Assembly: GCA_964016885.1 (NCBI GenBank) | Contig: OZ024740.1 | Location: 22,134,001-22,198,000 of the forward strand | Direction: 5' to 3' | Source of the DNA: Eledone cirrhosa | Taxonomy: Eukaryota | DNA length: 64,000 nucleotides | In this document: piece by piece, positions 63,818 through 64,000 of the stretch | Position numbering within the stretch: the stretch's first letter is position 1 | How the letters are laid out: each line of letters begins with the position of its first letter | Translations under genes and position numbers: made by a program | Notes under the pieces: model-generated | What the model was told of the DNA's origin: nothing | The model's database searches: none | What the model saw: only the letters and a program-made list of their open reading frames with translations

Positions 63818-64000
63818 GCAACGATAAAGACAACACAAACGTCACAAGTATCCACACACGAAACGAGAAAAACAACAACAACAACAAAGATGAAAACAAC
63901 TCAAACGACGAGAAACAAAACAATACTAATATCCAAAACGAAAACAAAATATCTTTTGCACAAACGGCTAAATTATCAGTCGCTTATGTGCTGGAAGATA
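63387..64000 (+). mobile_element. 5' end of a second related Tx1 element; ORF1 starts at 63610 and runs off the window
   Basis: Open frame MAEASSPS..NENKISFAQTAKLSVAYVLED matches NTNKISFAQTTKKSLTYIPEN in the first ORF1. It begins right after (TCTA)n. Confidence 0.8.

Overview
This is repeat-dominated eukaryotic DNA with no recognisable host gene. It is AT-rich with dense (TA)n tracts, and its SINE and RTE-tail sequences resemble octopod cephalopod repeats (inference). Bases 1-12105 are a 62-bp satellite with nested higher-order duplications. The rest is a patchwork of mobile elements. There are four Penelope-like element (PLE) coding remnants, about ten type I hammerhead ribozyme motifs (many inside inverted-repeat modules between (TA)n tracts) and non-autonomous Helitrons. 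Two tandem R4/Dong-type LINEs sit in (TAA)n, two tandem Tx1-type LINEs sit in (TCTA)n, and there are tRNA-type SINEs, RTE 3' tails, a 23-bp minisatellite and a 3.5-kb GGT/GTT/GAT array. Five observations stand out. (i) A 464-bp palindrome carries two head-to-head initiator tRNA-Met copies joined to a (TA)n-anchored tail that recurs elsewhere without the tRNA. (ii) A hammerhead family with a long stem II has two copies folding back at the same point. (iii) A PLE ORF is interrupted only by one in-frame TGA between RT and GIY-YIG. (iv) The Tx1 elements appear specific for (TCTA)n. (v) A compact cassette with tiny introns holds an SGNH hydrolase, a BACK-like exon and a foldback. All calls were made by eye and no searches were run.
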